In this document: positions 1 to 9,794 of the stretch, one piece after another
Position numbering within the stretch: the stretch's first letter is position 1
Layout of the letters: each line of letters opens with the position of its first letter
NCBI GenBank assembly: GCA_013204185.1
Contig: JABMOI010000025.1
Coordinates: 14,213 to 78,212, forward strand
From: a bacterium
GTDB lineage: Bacteria > Bacteroidota > Rhodothermia > Rhodothermales > UBA10348
DNA: 64,000 nt
Direction of reading: 5' to 3'
Notes under the pieces: generated by a model
Seen by the model: only the letters and a program-made list of their open reading frames with translations
The model's database searches: none
What the model was told of the DNA's origin: nothing
Position numbers and translations under genes: made by a program

Positions 1-665
1 TTTACCCAGATGCTCCCGCAACGTGGGCAACCGGTTTTGGATTTCAAATGGGCGTTCAGGCAAAAGTTAGTGAGGATCTCCACGCAGGATTGTCATACAA
101 AAGTCCTCAGCAGTTTAGTGATTTCGAATACAAACCGACCACCCCAGGGGCAGCCGATTATTCGTTTAGGATGGACTTCCCAATGATTATATCAGGGGGG
201 CTCGCTTATACCGGATTAGACAAATGGTTGGTTGTTGCCGATGTGAGGTACATCGACTACGCTAACGCGAAAGGATTCGACATAACTGGATTTGACTCCA
301 ACTTTGCCGTGCAAGGATTTGGTTGGGATGCAATTACGGTCGTGGCACTCGGGGCTCAATACGAAGTGTCTGATGGTTTCCCCGTTCGTTTTGGGTATTC
401 CTGGAATTCCAATCCGATTTCGGAAGACGTCGCGTTCTTTAATTCTCCGGCTCCGGCCATCATCACCCAACACGTCTCTGGCGGGTTCTCTTTCTCGGCA
501 ACGGATGCCATAACGATTTCGCTTGCAGGCCAGTATGGATTTGCGAACACGGTGGAAGGAATCTGGAAAAACCCAATGTTTCCAAACGGTGAAAATCCAG
601 CCACAAGTGTGAAACATGAATTGTCTACACTAACCCTGATTGGCGGCGTCCACTTTACGTTCTAG
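1..665 (+). CDS. Outer-membrane beta-barrel transport protein, FadL/OmpP1/TodX-like (5' end cut by the window edge)
   Basis: Frame 3 is open from nt 3; YPDAPATWATGFGFQ precedes the first Met at 48. The sequence has an alternating beta-strand pattern and ends in ...GGVHFTF, with the terminal Phe typical of OM barrels. The family is assigned by resemblance only. Confidence 0.55.
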   Translation, partial: YPDAPATWATGFGFQMGVQAKVSEDLHAGLSYKSPQQFSDFEYKPTTPGAADYSFRMDFPMIISGGLAYTGLDKWLVVADVRYIDYANAKGFDITGFDSNFAVQGFGWDAITVVALGAQYEVSDGFPVRFGYSWNSNPISEDVAFFNSPAPAIITQHVSGGFSFSATDAITISLAGQYGFANTVEGIWKNPMFPNGENPATSVKHELSTLTLIGGVHFTF

Positions 666-1786
666 GCGATTGGTAGATCGACCGTGACCAGTGTGCCCTG
701 AAGCGAAGAAGATTGAACTGAAATCACTCCGCCATGGGCCTCGGTCACGAGTCGGGCATAGGATGTGCCCAGGCCTGTGCCGCCTTGTTCGGCTTTCGTG
801 GTGTTGAACTTGTCAAAGAAGGTTGCTAGCCGCTCGGATGGGATGGCTTCGCCTCCATTGTGAACGGTTACTGCGATCCGGTTTTCACTCACAGAACAGT
901 ATACATCCACTCGCCTTGACGGCCCTGATAGCGAGCTAATGTGCTCTACAGCGTTTTTAATCAGGTTCTTGAACACGCCCGGTAAGAACGCCAAGTCAGC
1001 CCGAATCCTAATTGATTGGCACGGCGCGGGGTCAAAGTAGATGGGAACGGCTCCTTTGAAATAGGTTGCCACATCGCTTACCACATCGCTCAAAATCCCC
1101 TCAAGAGCCACCGGCATCATGTTTAGAGCATGCGCTCCGCGCTCAAAATCATGTAGCTTTTTAATTTGATCCAGCATCTGCTGCATCGAAACCGTTCCTT
1201 GTAAAATGGCGGCCAGCCATCGCTGCTGCCGCTCATCCAATTGGTGCCCAATCTGAGAGCGTAGCATCTCTGCATAGCCCGCGATGGGTCCAATTACGTT
1301 GTTGAGCTCGTGTCTCAGAAACAAGTCTTGTTCTCGGTGCAGTTGCTCAATTAAGGACAAGGCGCTGGTGAGCTCTGCTACGTTGGCAGCCAGTTCCGAT
1401 CTCAACTTGGATAAGGAAAGGTGCGTATCTACTCGCTTGAGCAGTTCAGAAGAATTGAACGGCTTGGTGATGTAATCGACCGCGCCCAGTTCGAATCCGG
1501 TGATGATGTCTTCCGCTTCTACTTTAGCCGTCAAGAATACTACGGGAATATGAGCGAGCGCAGGATTGGCCTTAATTCGTTTGCAGGTCTCAAAACCGTC
1601 CATGACGGGCATAATCACATCCAGCAAGATTAGATCTGGGACCACTCTGGCGAGCGCATCAAGAGCCTGTTGGCCATTGCTTGCCACGTTGATGGCATAA
1701 CCGGCCTCTCGCAACATGCTTCCTAGAACTTGGATGTTCTTTGGCGTGTCGTCTACAACCAAAATATGACCACGGGCTTCACTCAT
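662..1786 (-). CDS. Receiver-histidine kinase fusion (REC-HisKA-HATPase)
   Basis: N-terminal receiver (ILVVDDTPKN ... DLILLDVIMPVMDGFE ... ITKPF), H-box RHELNNVIGPI, and ATPase G-box GGTGLGTSYARLV. Its ATG overlaps the stop of the upstream kinase gene (ATGA at 1783-1786). Confidence 0.85.
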   Translation of the reverse strand: MSEARGHILVVDDTPKNIQVLGSMLREAGYAINVASNGQQALDALARVVPDLILLDVIMPVMDGFETCKRIKANPALAHIPVVFLTAKVEAEDIITGFELGAVDYITKPFNSSELLKRVDTHLSLSKLRSELAANVAELTSALSLIEQLHREQDLFLRHELNNVIGPIAGYAEMLRSQIGHQLDERQQRWLAAILQGTVSMQQMLDQIKKLHDFERGAHALNMMPVALEGILSDVVSDVATYFKGAVPIYFDPAPCQSIRIRADLAFLPGVFKNLIKNAVEHISSLSGPSRRVDVYCSVSENRIAVTVHNGGEAIPSERLATFFDKFNTTKAEQGGTGLGTSYARLVTEAHGGVISVQSSSLQGTLVTVDLPIA

Positions 1787-4700
1787 GACTGTTGAATCGA
1801 TTTTTCTGATATGAAGTCAGGGTATTGTGCAAAAACGATCATGAGGTCTTGTAGTTCAAAATGGCGCGCATGGCCAGAAACAAGGCCTCCCCATTGCTCT
1901 AGAGGAGCGAACGAAAACTGCTTTCCGTACGCCGCCATTTCTTCCCCGAAGGATTCCATTTCGTTAACCGTTTGTCGGTAGGTCAGGTCCTGCCAGCGTT
2001 CACGTTCTCCCTCCAGAACCTCAATAAGCGCGGCATCGATAGGCCTGGAAGGTGCGATTGCCGCAGTCGCTTGCTGCTCTGCGGCGGCGTCAATCTCTAG
2101 CGTGTCGAAAGGCAGGAACGCTGACAGCGCGGAAACCAACGCATCTTGAGTGATGGGCTTTGGCACAAAAGCGTCCGTCAGTTTCATGAATTGGGTTGCC
2201 TCTTCTCCCATTACAGAGGCCGAAAATCCAATGACAGGAAACGCATTTCGGCGGCCGGATTGAACTAATTCTTGTATCACACCGAGCCCGTTAAGAATGG
2301 GCATGTGCAAGTCGAGAAGCAGCAGATCAATCTGTTCGCGCGCGATGATGTTCAACACATCTTTTCCCGTTTCAGCTTCGACCACCCTAAGCCCGCAAGC
2401 AGTTAGCATTTCCTTTACCAACTCCCTGTTCAATGTAATATCGTCCGCAATCAGAACGGAAGAACCCTGGAATTGAATGCGTCCAGCGGCAATAGAAGCT
2501 TTTGGCTTTTGAATGGCTTCTGAAATAAACTCAACCCGGGGTATTCGGACAATGAAAACAGATCCCTTTCCTGGGGTGCTGTCTAAATAGATGCGTCCCC
2601 CCATCAGCTCAACAAGCTTACTGGTAATAGCCAGGCCGAGACCGGTACCGCCATAGGACTGTTGAGACTGGCCTTTTACCTGATCGAAAGCCCCAAAAAT
2701 GTGCGCTTTTTGATCCTCAGGGATTCCAATACCCGAATCTTCAACCCGAAATAATACCGTTGTCTGCCCAGGTCCATCCGATCCAAAGCGTTCGGCACGA
2801 ACTTCCACTCGAACCCCACCTTGATCCGTAAACTTAAGGGCGTTTCCAATCAGATTGATCAGGATTTGGCGAATCCGCGTTTCGTCCATAACCAGCGTCG
2901 GAGGAATCGAAGAAGGGGCAAAACATTCAAATGATATGTGCTTGGCTTCGGCCCGTTGGTTAAACATGAGCGGCATTTCTTCGACAAGCCCCCTCAGGTT
3001 CATGGCCTGCGGAACGATGTCCATTTTGCCAGCTTCGACCTTTGATAGATCCAAAATGTCGTTGATTAGGGTCAATAGAGACCGGCTCGATGCCTGAATG
3101 TGCTGAACATACTTTTTCGTTTCAGCGTCGGTGCTTTTGCGCGCAAGGAGGTCCGTGAACCCGATAATTGCGTTCATTGGCGTCCGGATCTCATGGCTCA
3201 TATTGGCCAAGAACCGGCTTTTAGCATGCGTAGCCTCTTCGGCCTGGACCGCAAAAGAAGAAGCTTGTTCGCTACTGGCCTCCAGGGCCTCATTGGTTTT
3301 TGCCAAGAGCCGCTTCTGCCGATCGACCTCCCGTTGCTGGATTTCAAGGTTTCGGTTTTGAGAAGCCATTAGCTCCGCCTGCTCCTCGGACCGCATTTTG
3401 CTCTTTCTAAGCTCTTCGTGCCGAATTTCCAGCTGGCGCCGCTGGAGCATAATTTCTTGATTAGAAGCTTCCAGCTGCTCGTTATGGGTCTGCAGCAACA
3501 TGCGCTGCTCTTCGACAGCGCGGGTTTGAGCGTTTAGGTTAGATGCGAGGCGGTCGTTGCTTTCTTCGAGCTGTCCAATATGATATTTGGCGAGGCTTTT
3601 ACCCGCTAAAAAGACTGAAACAGCAAAAAGAATAGCATAAATGGCAAATGCCCAGAGCGTTCTAAACCAAGGCGGTCGAATAATGACTAGCGCCTTTGAA
3701 ACAGGGCCAACCCGCCCCGTGCCTGACATGGCCCTCACCTCGAACGCATAAGATCCCTCTTGAAGTCCTGAAAAGCGTGCGGACGTGTTAAGGGACCAGT
3801 CAGACCAATCTGGACTGAGTCCGGCCAACCTAAATTGATGACGAATGTCCGCAATTTCCTCGAAAAAAGGTGTCGCAAAGACCATAAACAGGCTGTTTTC
3901 GTCGATTTCCAACTCAAATACTGGGGGCTCAACCTTTCCCGAGGTGCCGCCGCCAAATAACATCCGCTTGGGGGTCTCAATCGAGCGAATCAGGGTCAGA
4001 CTGGGTTCAGAAAGGACTTCTGAAATCGAAGACGTATATCGAAAGAGACCGCGATCGGTCGCGATCCAGCACCCATCTCCTTTTGTATCGCACTCGATTT
4101 GAGCGATGCGTGAATCTGAAAGCTGGTGGAGTGACTCAATCACTTCAAGACGTCTTCCAGTTCCTTCCTCGGGAGGAATAACACCCGCGTAATCTCCGGT
4201 AAACAACCAGACCCGATTGTCTGGCGTCTCGTGTATGTAGCGAATATCCGAGACGCTCATGGCTCCGGTCAGTCCAAGACTATTTCCTGGGCTAAACCGG
4301 TTCGTTTCCGGCTGATACGCATACATTCCAGATCGGGCAGCAAATACGACACGCTCGCCCATGCGAAGGGGCCTTGTAAGACCCACTGGAAGCCCCGCTC
4401 GTTCGTCGTAGATCGTTACGTGACCGGAAAGCGAATCCGCCTCAGGTTTTGCGATGCGCGCCACTCCAGTAGGGGCCAAGCTTGCCCACAATTCACCGCC
4501 TAGCGTTTCAGCTAGGCTAACCACGTGAGAAATATCTTGTTGTTGACGGGCTCCAACAGCCCATCGATTGGTCACAGGATTCAGTTCTAGCTCCGAAAGA
4601 CCGCCAGCATGGCCCACGTAGACTACGTTTTCCCGAGTTTGTGACGCGAGCAGCGTCCGGATTGGAAATCCGATGGAGAGGGTGTAGCGAGTGCCAGCGC

Positions 4701-6072
4701 CTTGGTTCATTAGAACAAGAATATCATCCCCGCTGCCAACCAGCAAGCCGCCCGGAACCTGAAGTAAGGCCCGAACGGGTACGTCGAGCCCTGGAAGTGC
4801 CGAGAATGAAGAGGGGAGCTCTCCGGCAGGCGTGTTAGACAGGAAGAGGCCTCTATCGGTACCCACGTAAAGCCCCGTTGGGGTTTGGGCTAACGCAGAA
4901 ATAGCTCCCGAAATCCCAGCGGATGCAGGCGGAGCAGAAACAGAATTATTGAGTCCAACGCGCGCCACTCCGTCTTCTGTGGCTAGCCACACACGGCCCC
5001 TGGAGTCCTCCGTGATGCCGTTGATCGTGCCGAAAGGAATGCCATCTCGGTACGTTAAAAAGCGGGCAGGCTGCCCTGGTGATACGAGAGCCAATCCTCC
5101 TGACTCAAGACCTAAGGCCAGTATGCCCGAGGAGAGCAATTGGGTAGATCGGACTTTTTTGCCTTGAAGCGAAGCAACACTGAGGGAATCCCAGGATGCA
5201 AGTCTGTTTCTTCGGTACGTATAGTATCCACCCGCATCGGTTATGAGCAGCGCAGTACTATCGTTTAGTGAGGTTGCGTGAATCAACTCATCTCTGGCTA
5301 ACTGGGCCCCAGAGGACACGTCCAAAAATCGTCCAGATACAAACCGAGTCAGGCCACGTCCCCAAAGACTAACGAACAGAGTGTCTTCATTCGAAAAGGA
5401 AGCCTGGATGGGAGCCCCTGGGATGTGAGTTAAAACCGTGTCCTTTGTAGCTTCGTAAATGCGACTTGACGTCGTGAAAAAAGAAGATGCACCTGTTCTG
5501 AGCACCTGCCCCACTTCGTTAAATCGATTTCGTTCTAACGATTGCTCCGGCAAAAACGAAGAAAATGTAGGTCGATACAAGGAGTCGGTAGCCACGTATC
5601 CGATATCTCCGGAGGCACCAACTAAGATTCGGTTGGACGAATCGAGCGCAAGCTGAGTTGGAGTACGACGCCCAGGGAGCGTGATGAGCCGCCACGTAAC
5701 GCCATCAAACTCAAGGATGCCCTCTTGGTTGGCGACATACATCAAGCCGTCAGCCGACTGCACAATTCCAAGGTTGTTTGGGTTCTGGCCGTATTCAACC
5801 GGGCTGTACCGATGGACGATGGGGTATCCACCAGATTGGGCCCATGCCACATGTGTGCCCGCGGTGCTAAATGCGCCAAGGACTAAAGCCAACAAAATGA
5901 CACCAGGGAGGTACACACCTCTTCGGGCCGCCGTAAAAACGGCGGCTGAAGGAGACGCAAACCAAGGTCTATTTTGTAAATGGATCAAATCTGATATCAA
6001 TTGGCGAGGGTTTGAACTATTGGGAACGAAAAAAACGCTGAAAATGGTGTAAAACGCGCCAATTTCTGCCAA
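1783..6072 (-). CDS. Large hybrid sensor histidine kinase: periplasmic beta-propeller/Y_Y_Y-type sensor, TM, coiled coil, HisKA, HATPase, REC, HPt
   Basis: An N-terminal hydrophobic anchor is followed by about 700 aa of propeller-like repeats and a Y_Y_Y-like module as in Bacteroidetes hybrid sensors. Then come a TM helix (WAFAIYAILFAVSVFLAG), a long coiled coil, H-box SHEIRTPMNAIIGF, GGTGLGLAITSKLVELMGG, a receiver (VLIADDITLN ... DLLLLDLHMPILNG) and a C-terminal helical HPt-like tail. The exact start is uncertain. Confidence 0.85.
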   Translation of the reverse strand: MAEIGAFYTIFSVFFVPNSSNPRQLISDLIHLQNRPWFASPSAAVFTAARRGVYLPGVILLALVLGAFSTAGTHVAWAQSGGYPIVHRYSPVEYGQNPNNLGIVQSADGLMYVANQEGILEFDGVTWRLITLPGRRTPTQLALDSSNRILVGASGDIGYVATDSLYRPTFSSFLPEQSLERNRFNEVGQVLRTGASSFFTTSSRIYEATKDTVLTHIPGAPIQASFSNEDTLFVSLWGRGLTRFVSGRFLDVSSGAQLARDELIHATSLNDSTALLITDAGGYYTYRRNRLASWDSLSVASLQGKKVRSTQLLSSGILALGLESGGLALVSPGQPARFLTYRDGIPFGTINGITEDSRGRVWLATEDGVARVGLNNSVSAPPASAGISGAISALAQTPTGLYVGTDRGLFLSNTPAGELPSSFSALPGLDVPVRALLQVPGGLLVGSGDDILVLMNQGAGTRYTLSIGFPIRTLLASQTRENVVYVGHAGGLSELELNPVTNRWAVGARQQQDISHVVSLAETLGGELWASLAPTGVARIAKPEADSLSGHVTIYDERAGLPVGLTRPLRMGERVVFAARSGMYAYQPETNRFSPGNSLGLTGAMSVSDIRYIHETPDNRVWLFTGDYAGVIPPEEGTGRRLEVIESLHQLSDSRIAQIECDTKGDGCWIATDRGLFRYTSSISEVLSEPSLTLIRSIETPKRMLFGGGTSGKVEPPVFELEIDENSLFMVFATPFFEEIADIRHQFRLAGLSPDWSDWSLNTSARFSGLQEGSYAFEVRAMSGTGRVGPVSKALVIIRPPWFRTLWAFAIYAILFAVSVFLAGKSLAKYHIGQLEESNDRLASNLNAQTRAVEEQRMLLQTHNEQLEASNQEIMLQRRQLEIRHEELRKSKMRSEEQAELMASQNRNLEIQQREVDRQKRLLAKTNEALEASSEQASSFAVQAEEATHAKSRFLANMSHEIRTPMNAIIGFTDLLARKSTDAETKKYVQHIQASSRSLLTLINDILDLSKVEAGKMDIVPQAMNLRGLVEEMPLMFNQRAEAKHISFECFAPSSIPPTLVMDETRIRQILINLIGNALKFTDQGGVRVEVRAERFGSDGPGQTTVLFRVEDSGIGIPEDQKAHIFGAFDQVKGQSQQSYGGTGLGLAITSKLVELMGGRIYLDSTPGKGSVFIVRIPRVEFISEAIQKPKASIAAGRIQFQGSSVLIADDITLNRELVKEMLTACGLRVVEAETGKDVLNIIAREQIDLLLLDLHMPILNGLGVIQELVQSGRRNAFPVIGFSASVMGEEATQFMKLTDAFVPKPITQDALVSALSAFLPFDTLEIDAAAEQQATAAIAPSRPIDAALIEVLEGERERWQDLTYRQTVNEMESFGEEMAAYGKQFSFAPLEQWGGLVSGHARHFELQDLMIVFAQYPDFISEKSIQQS

Positions 6073-6221
6073 AGGTACAGTACAGTAGTTACTTATTCAG
6101 TCCAATTAGGTGCTTGGAATCCCTAGGTTCTATATTTGGTTGAACGGATCGTTTCGTTTCCAGGTCCAGAATGGAACGACAAACCTTGTTGTTATCGGCT
6201 TAAAAAGCTTTTGGAATAATC

Positions 6222-7592
6222 ATGCCACGCCTTCTCATAGTTGACGATGAAGCCGGAATTCGCCGGACACTAAAAGATTTAATGACCATGCAGGGCTATG
6301 AGGTCGAAGAGGCCGAAAATGGCGCTGAGGGGCTCGAGAAAATCAAGTCTGGCCAGTTCGACCTGGTTCTATCTGATATTCAGATGCCTAAAATGGATGG
6401 AATGGAGCTTTTGCGGGCCTCCAAGGAATCGAATCCCGATCTGCCCTTCATCATGCTTACGGCCCACGCTACCATTGAGCGAGCGGTGGAGGCTATCAAG
6501 ATAGGCGCATACGATTTCGTGCCAAAACCGCCGAATCTACAGCACTTTTTGGTGACAATTCGGAATGCGTTGGATACGAAAGTGCTCAAGCAAGAGCATA
6601 CCCGGATGAAGGCTCGATTGGAAAAGATCGACGCGAATATTCCTCCGTTGCTTGGCGAAAGTAAGGCTATGCTGCGAATCAAGAAGCTGCTAGAGCGGGC
6701 CGCCCCCTCTGTTGCGCGGGTCATGGTTACGGGAGAAGCGGGCTCGGGAAAAGAATTGATCGCCCAGTGGGTGCACCAACTGTCGGACCGCAACACGGGC
6801 CCCTTCGTGGCCGTGAACTGCGCTGCCATTCCGGGAGAGTTGATTGAAAGCGAATTGTTTGGGCATGAAAAGGGCTCGTTCACAGGGGCCCACAAACAGC
6901 ACATCGGATCGTTTGAGCAAGCAGATGGCGGTACCCTCTTTTTGGATGAAGTGGGGGACATGAGTCCAACAGCTCAAGCCAAAGTGCTGCGGGTTCTTCA
7001 GGAGAATCAGGTCCGACGCGTTGGCGGCGACCGCTCCATTCCTGTTGATGTTCGGGTTGTATGCGCGACCAACAAAGACCTAGAACTTGCTATTCAGAAT
7101 GGAGAGTTCAGAGACGATTTGTTTCATCGGTTGGCGGTCATTCAAATTGTATCGCCACCGCTCAGAGAGCGCTCAGAAGATATTTCTGAACTCGCCGAGT
7201 TCTTTTGCGACAAGCTAAGCAAGCGGAATGCGCGACCCGAGAAGCATTTTTCTAAAAAAGCGCTGTCCTTGTTGGCGACCTACCCCTGGAGAGGAAACGT
7301 CCGCGAGTTACACAATGCGGTTGAACGGCTTATTGTGCTCAGTGAAGGGGATGAAATCACGGAAGATGATGTGGATCTCTTCACGAATCCAGGCTCGGCG
7401 CCCCAAGACTCGATTTCATATCTCGTTGAGCAGCACGCCACCATCAACGATTTCCGTGATGCCGCCGAAGAAGCCTTTTTGCGCCGCAAATTGACCGAGT
7501 TTGAGGGCAATATTAGCCGCATGTCTGATTCAATTGAACTGCAACGCTCAAACATTTACGCGAAACTCAAAAAACTCGGCATCAAAGAATAA
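6222..7592 (+). CDS. Sigma-54-dependent transcriptional activator, NtrC family (REC-AAA+-Fis HTH)
   Basis: Receiver LLIVDDEAGIRR ... DLVLSDIQMPKMDG, Walker A GEAGSGKE, sigma-54 contact loop ESELFGHEKGSFTGA, arginine-finger region, and a C-terminal HTH (LQRSNIYAKLKKLGI). Confidence 0.9.
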   Translation: MPRLLIVDDEAGIRRTLKDLMTMQGYEVEEAENGAEGLEKIKSGQFDLVLSDIQMPKMDGMELLRASKESNPDLPFIMLTAHATIERAVEAIKIGAYDFVPKPPNLQHFLVTIRNALDTKVLKQEHTRMKARLEKIDANIPPLLGESKAMLRIKKLLERAAPSVARVMVTGEAGSGKELIAQWVHQLSDRNTGPFVAVNCAAIPGELIESELFGHEKGSFTGAHKQHIGSFEQADGGTLFLDEVGDMSPTAQAKVLRVLQENQVRRVGGDRSIPVDVRVVCATNKDLELAIQNGEFRDDLFHRLAVIQIVSPPLRERSEDISELAEFFCDKLSKRNARPEKHFSKKALSLLATYPWRGNVRELHNAVERLIVLSEGDEITEDDVDLFTNPGSAPQDSISYLVEQHATINDFRDAAEEAFLRRKLTEFEGNISRMSDSIELQRSNIYAKLKKLGIKE

Positions 7593-7624
7593 GGGGTGCC
7601 GGCCGCGTCCCCCAACCTACCGCT

Positions 7625-8779
7625 CTACTCCAGCGGCAGCGAAATCACAAAACGTGATCCGTGAGGAAGGGCTGTTTCCACTTGGATATCACCCCCCATT
7701 ACCCGGGTAGCCATTTTGCAAAAGGCCAGCCCCAGGCCCACACCCGCCTTGACACCGTCTGGATGGGCTTCTGTTTGAAAAAACTTGTCAAAAATACGCG
7801 TGTGAAGTTCGGGCGGGATTCCCTCCCCGTTGTCTTCAACCGCAATGTGGATCTGCTCTCCATGGGCGGTCGCAGCGAGCCGCAAGGCGGTTGCCGATGT
7901 TGCGTACTTGAAGGCATTTGAAAGCAGATTTACGATGATGCGCTCCAACAAGGTGCGATCAGTTACGCAGGTTAAACCCTCCGGCGCCACGCTCACTTCA
8001 ATAGCTATAGACCGGTCTGCCGCGGCCATCCGGTACTGGTCCGAGATGGAACTCAAAAAGGATGCAACATCGACTGATTCTGGAGAGGGGGTAAGCAGCC
8101 CATCTTCGAGTTTCGAGACGTCTAAGATTCCCTGAATCATGAGTCCCATGGTATTGGAAGCCGTAGCAATTCGGCCCAGCCGCTCCTTGAGAGCATCGGG
8201 TGTTACCTCCATGCCCATTTTCGCAGCCATGTCTAACATTTCAGTATTCATGGTCACAACGGCGAGCGGATTGCCCAAATCGTGAACAATCATGTGGGTG
8301 AGGTTATCTCTACTTTCTTCGGCTGCCCTCAAATCGGCATAGCTCTTTTCTAATGAATGCAGCAACTCGCGCTCTCGATCTCGCAGGTCTTTTTTTTCAA
8401 GGCTGGACTTTAGGCGGGCTTCCAGAATGGTCGGGTTAAAAGGTTTGCTCAAGAAATCGGTGGCTCCGAGCCCAATGGCCTTCACCACATGCTCCATATC
8501 GTCGTGACCAGAAATCACGATAATGGGGACGTGTTTGAGTTCTTCGTCTTGAGAAACGTGCTCTAGCACTTCGATCCCTGTCATTACGGGCATGTCAATA
8601 TCGAGCAGTACCGTGTCTACTGGATGGGACCTCAAATACTCCAAACCAATTTGTCCGTTTGGGGCAGTTGCGACCTCGTGGCCGAGCAAGTCGATGAAGT
8701 CGGTCAACATGTTTCGGTTCAGAGAACTGTCGTCGACTACCAGAATGCGTCGCGCCGATGTTGTTTCAGGTTCTGGCAT
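7625..8779 (-). CDS. Receiver-histidine kinase fusion (REC-HisKA-HATPase)
   Basis: Receiver ILVVDDSSLNRN ... DTVLLDIDMPVMTG ... LSKPF, H-box VHDLGNPLAVV, N-box NLLSNAFKY, and G-box GVGLGLAFCKMATRVMGG. Confidence 0.85.
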   Translation of the reverse strand: MPEPETTSARRILVVDDSSLNRNMLTDFIDLLGHEVATAPNGQIGLEYLRSHPVDTVLLDIDMPVMTGIEVLEHVSQDEELKHVPIIVISGHDDMEHVVKAIGLGATDFLSKPFNPTILEARLKSSLEKKDLRDRERELLHSLEKSYADLRAAEESRDNLTHMIVHDLGNPLAVVTMNTEMLDMAAKMGMEVTPDALKERLGRIATASNTMGLMIQGILDVSKLEDGLLTPSPESVDVASFLSSISDQYRMAAADRSIAIEVSVAPEGLTCVTDRTLLERIIVNLLSNAFKYATSATALRLAATAHGEQIHIAVEDNGEGIPPELHTRIFDKFFQTEAHPDGVKAGVGLGLAFCKMATRVMGGDIQVETALPHGSRFVISLPLE

Positions 8780-9066
8780 GGGGCCTAGCTAGGGGTAAGC
8801 GGAGAGATACGCTCTGAAAATAGGCTAGAAGGACATCATTCTCATCATAAATCGTTGCGTTTTGAGGCCTGGTGTGTTTCGGCAGCGATACATAAAGGTC
8901 GCAGGCTGCCCGTTCAGTCACAGGCCTCAATCGGAATTAAACGACTATTTAAGCACCCTGAGCCAACATTCTTCCAGATCAGGTTTTTTTTGTGGGTGGT
9001 TGGAATGTCCTTTGTACTCCTCTGGTCAACCAATCACAGCACGTTGAGTTGAAAAGAGGTACCAAC

Positions 9067-9282
9067 ATGCAACCATATAAGAGTCTGTACGCCATAACCG
9101 AATGGAGTCCAGAAAAAGAACCGCTCAGTTTTGTTTCTGATTTAAGCGAGCTGGGGCTGAATACAGCCTACCACGCGCATGAAGTATACAAAGCTGCTCA
9201 GTGTCCAGTTTATATTCTGGCCGGACCTGAAATTCATAACCCCCAAACCCGAAAAAAAGAGCAAGCAGCCTGGGTCCTTTGA
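9067..9282 (+). CDS. Possible small protein (71 aa), no recognised family
   Basis: An ATG is preceded by AAGAGG 8 nt upstream. The ORF ends exactly where the downstream operon begins. It has no recognisable motifs and lies in an otherwise empty 530-bp intergenic region. Confidence 0.25.
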   Translation: MQPYKSLYAITEWSPEKEPLSFVSDLSELGLNTAYHAHEVYKAAQCPVYILAGPEIHNPQTRKKEQAAWVL

Positions 9283-9311
9283 TTAATGTATTCGTTCAAT
9301 GTCCAAGCTAT

Positions 9312-9785
9312 ATGAGGCGACGTATGATCATATCAAGCATAATGGTGTCTTTCTGGCTCCTTTTGAGCCCAGCGGGCACCGCGCATGCACAGAACAATGG
9401 GTTAACCATTTTCGGTGCTCCGTCAATCCGATTGACGCCCGTTTTTCACTCACTGAGTGAATCGGTGGCAACGGCCGAGGACGAGTCGTCCATCATTAGT
9501 TGGGGCAGAACCAGTTCCAAATCAAAGGTAACAGTAACCACCTTTAGTCCCGGTCAGCGATTTGCATTATTCGTAGAGGCGAAAAATGCAACCAATGGCA
9601 AGTCAAAGGGTCGAATAGGCTTAGTTGATGGGATGAAGGCAACCGACTTTATTGTCAATATTGCCAATAAAAGGCCGGGTTCGGCAACACTATTTTATTT
9701 GGCTGAAGTGCGCATTGAAGAGGGTAGCACAGAAACCGAACCTACCGATATCCATTCAGTCACCTATACACTAACGGATCAGTAA
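9312..9785 (+). CDS. Small exported beta-rich protein (157 aa), pilin-like in size and position; family unknown
   Basis: The internal ATG at 9312 gives a clean signal peptide, MRRRMIISSIMVSFWLLLSPAGTAHA/Q. The mature part is beta-strand-like and ends in ...HSVTYTLTDQ. It is the first gene of a three-gene operon. Confidence 0.65.
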   Translation: MRRRMIISSIMVSFWLLLSPAGTAHAQNNGLTIFGAPSIRLTPVFHSLSESVATAEDESSIISWGRTSSKSKVTVTTFSPGQRFALFVEAKNATNGKSKGRIGLVDGMKATDFIVNIANKRPGSATLFYLAEVRIEEGSTETEPTDIHSVTYTLTDQ

Positions 9786-9794
9786 CGAATTCGC

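Noticed and set aside
1488-1498. tRNA T-arm-like string AGTTCGAATCC (a similar GGTTCGAAACC occurs near 60450)
   Set aside because: Both lie inside confidently called coding regions, with no flanking acceptor or anticodon stems. They are chance matches.
6380-6961. 193-aa antisense ORF inside the NtrC-type activator gene
   Set aside because: It overlaps the Walker A and GSFTGA coding region of a confidently called gene and has no features of its own.
8958-8990. CCTGA-N18-TCAGG followed by T8, resembling an orphan plus-strand terminator
   Set aside because: The stem is only 5 bp with an 18-nt loop, and there is no upstream plus-strand gene. This is insufficient for a terminator or sRNA call.
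9001-9016. Sigma-54-like element TGGAATGTCCTTTGTA upstream of the exported operon, near an NtrC-type activator
   Set aside because: The GG and TTG are correctly spaced, but the invariant -12 GC is GT and the -24 box matches only TGG. That is too weak to call without a position-weight-matrix score or 5'-end data.
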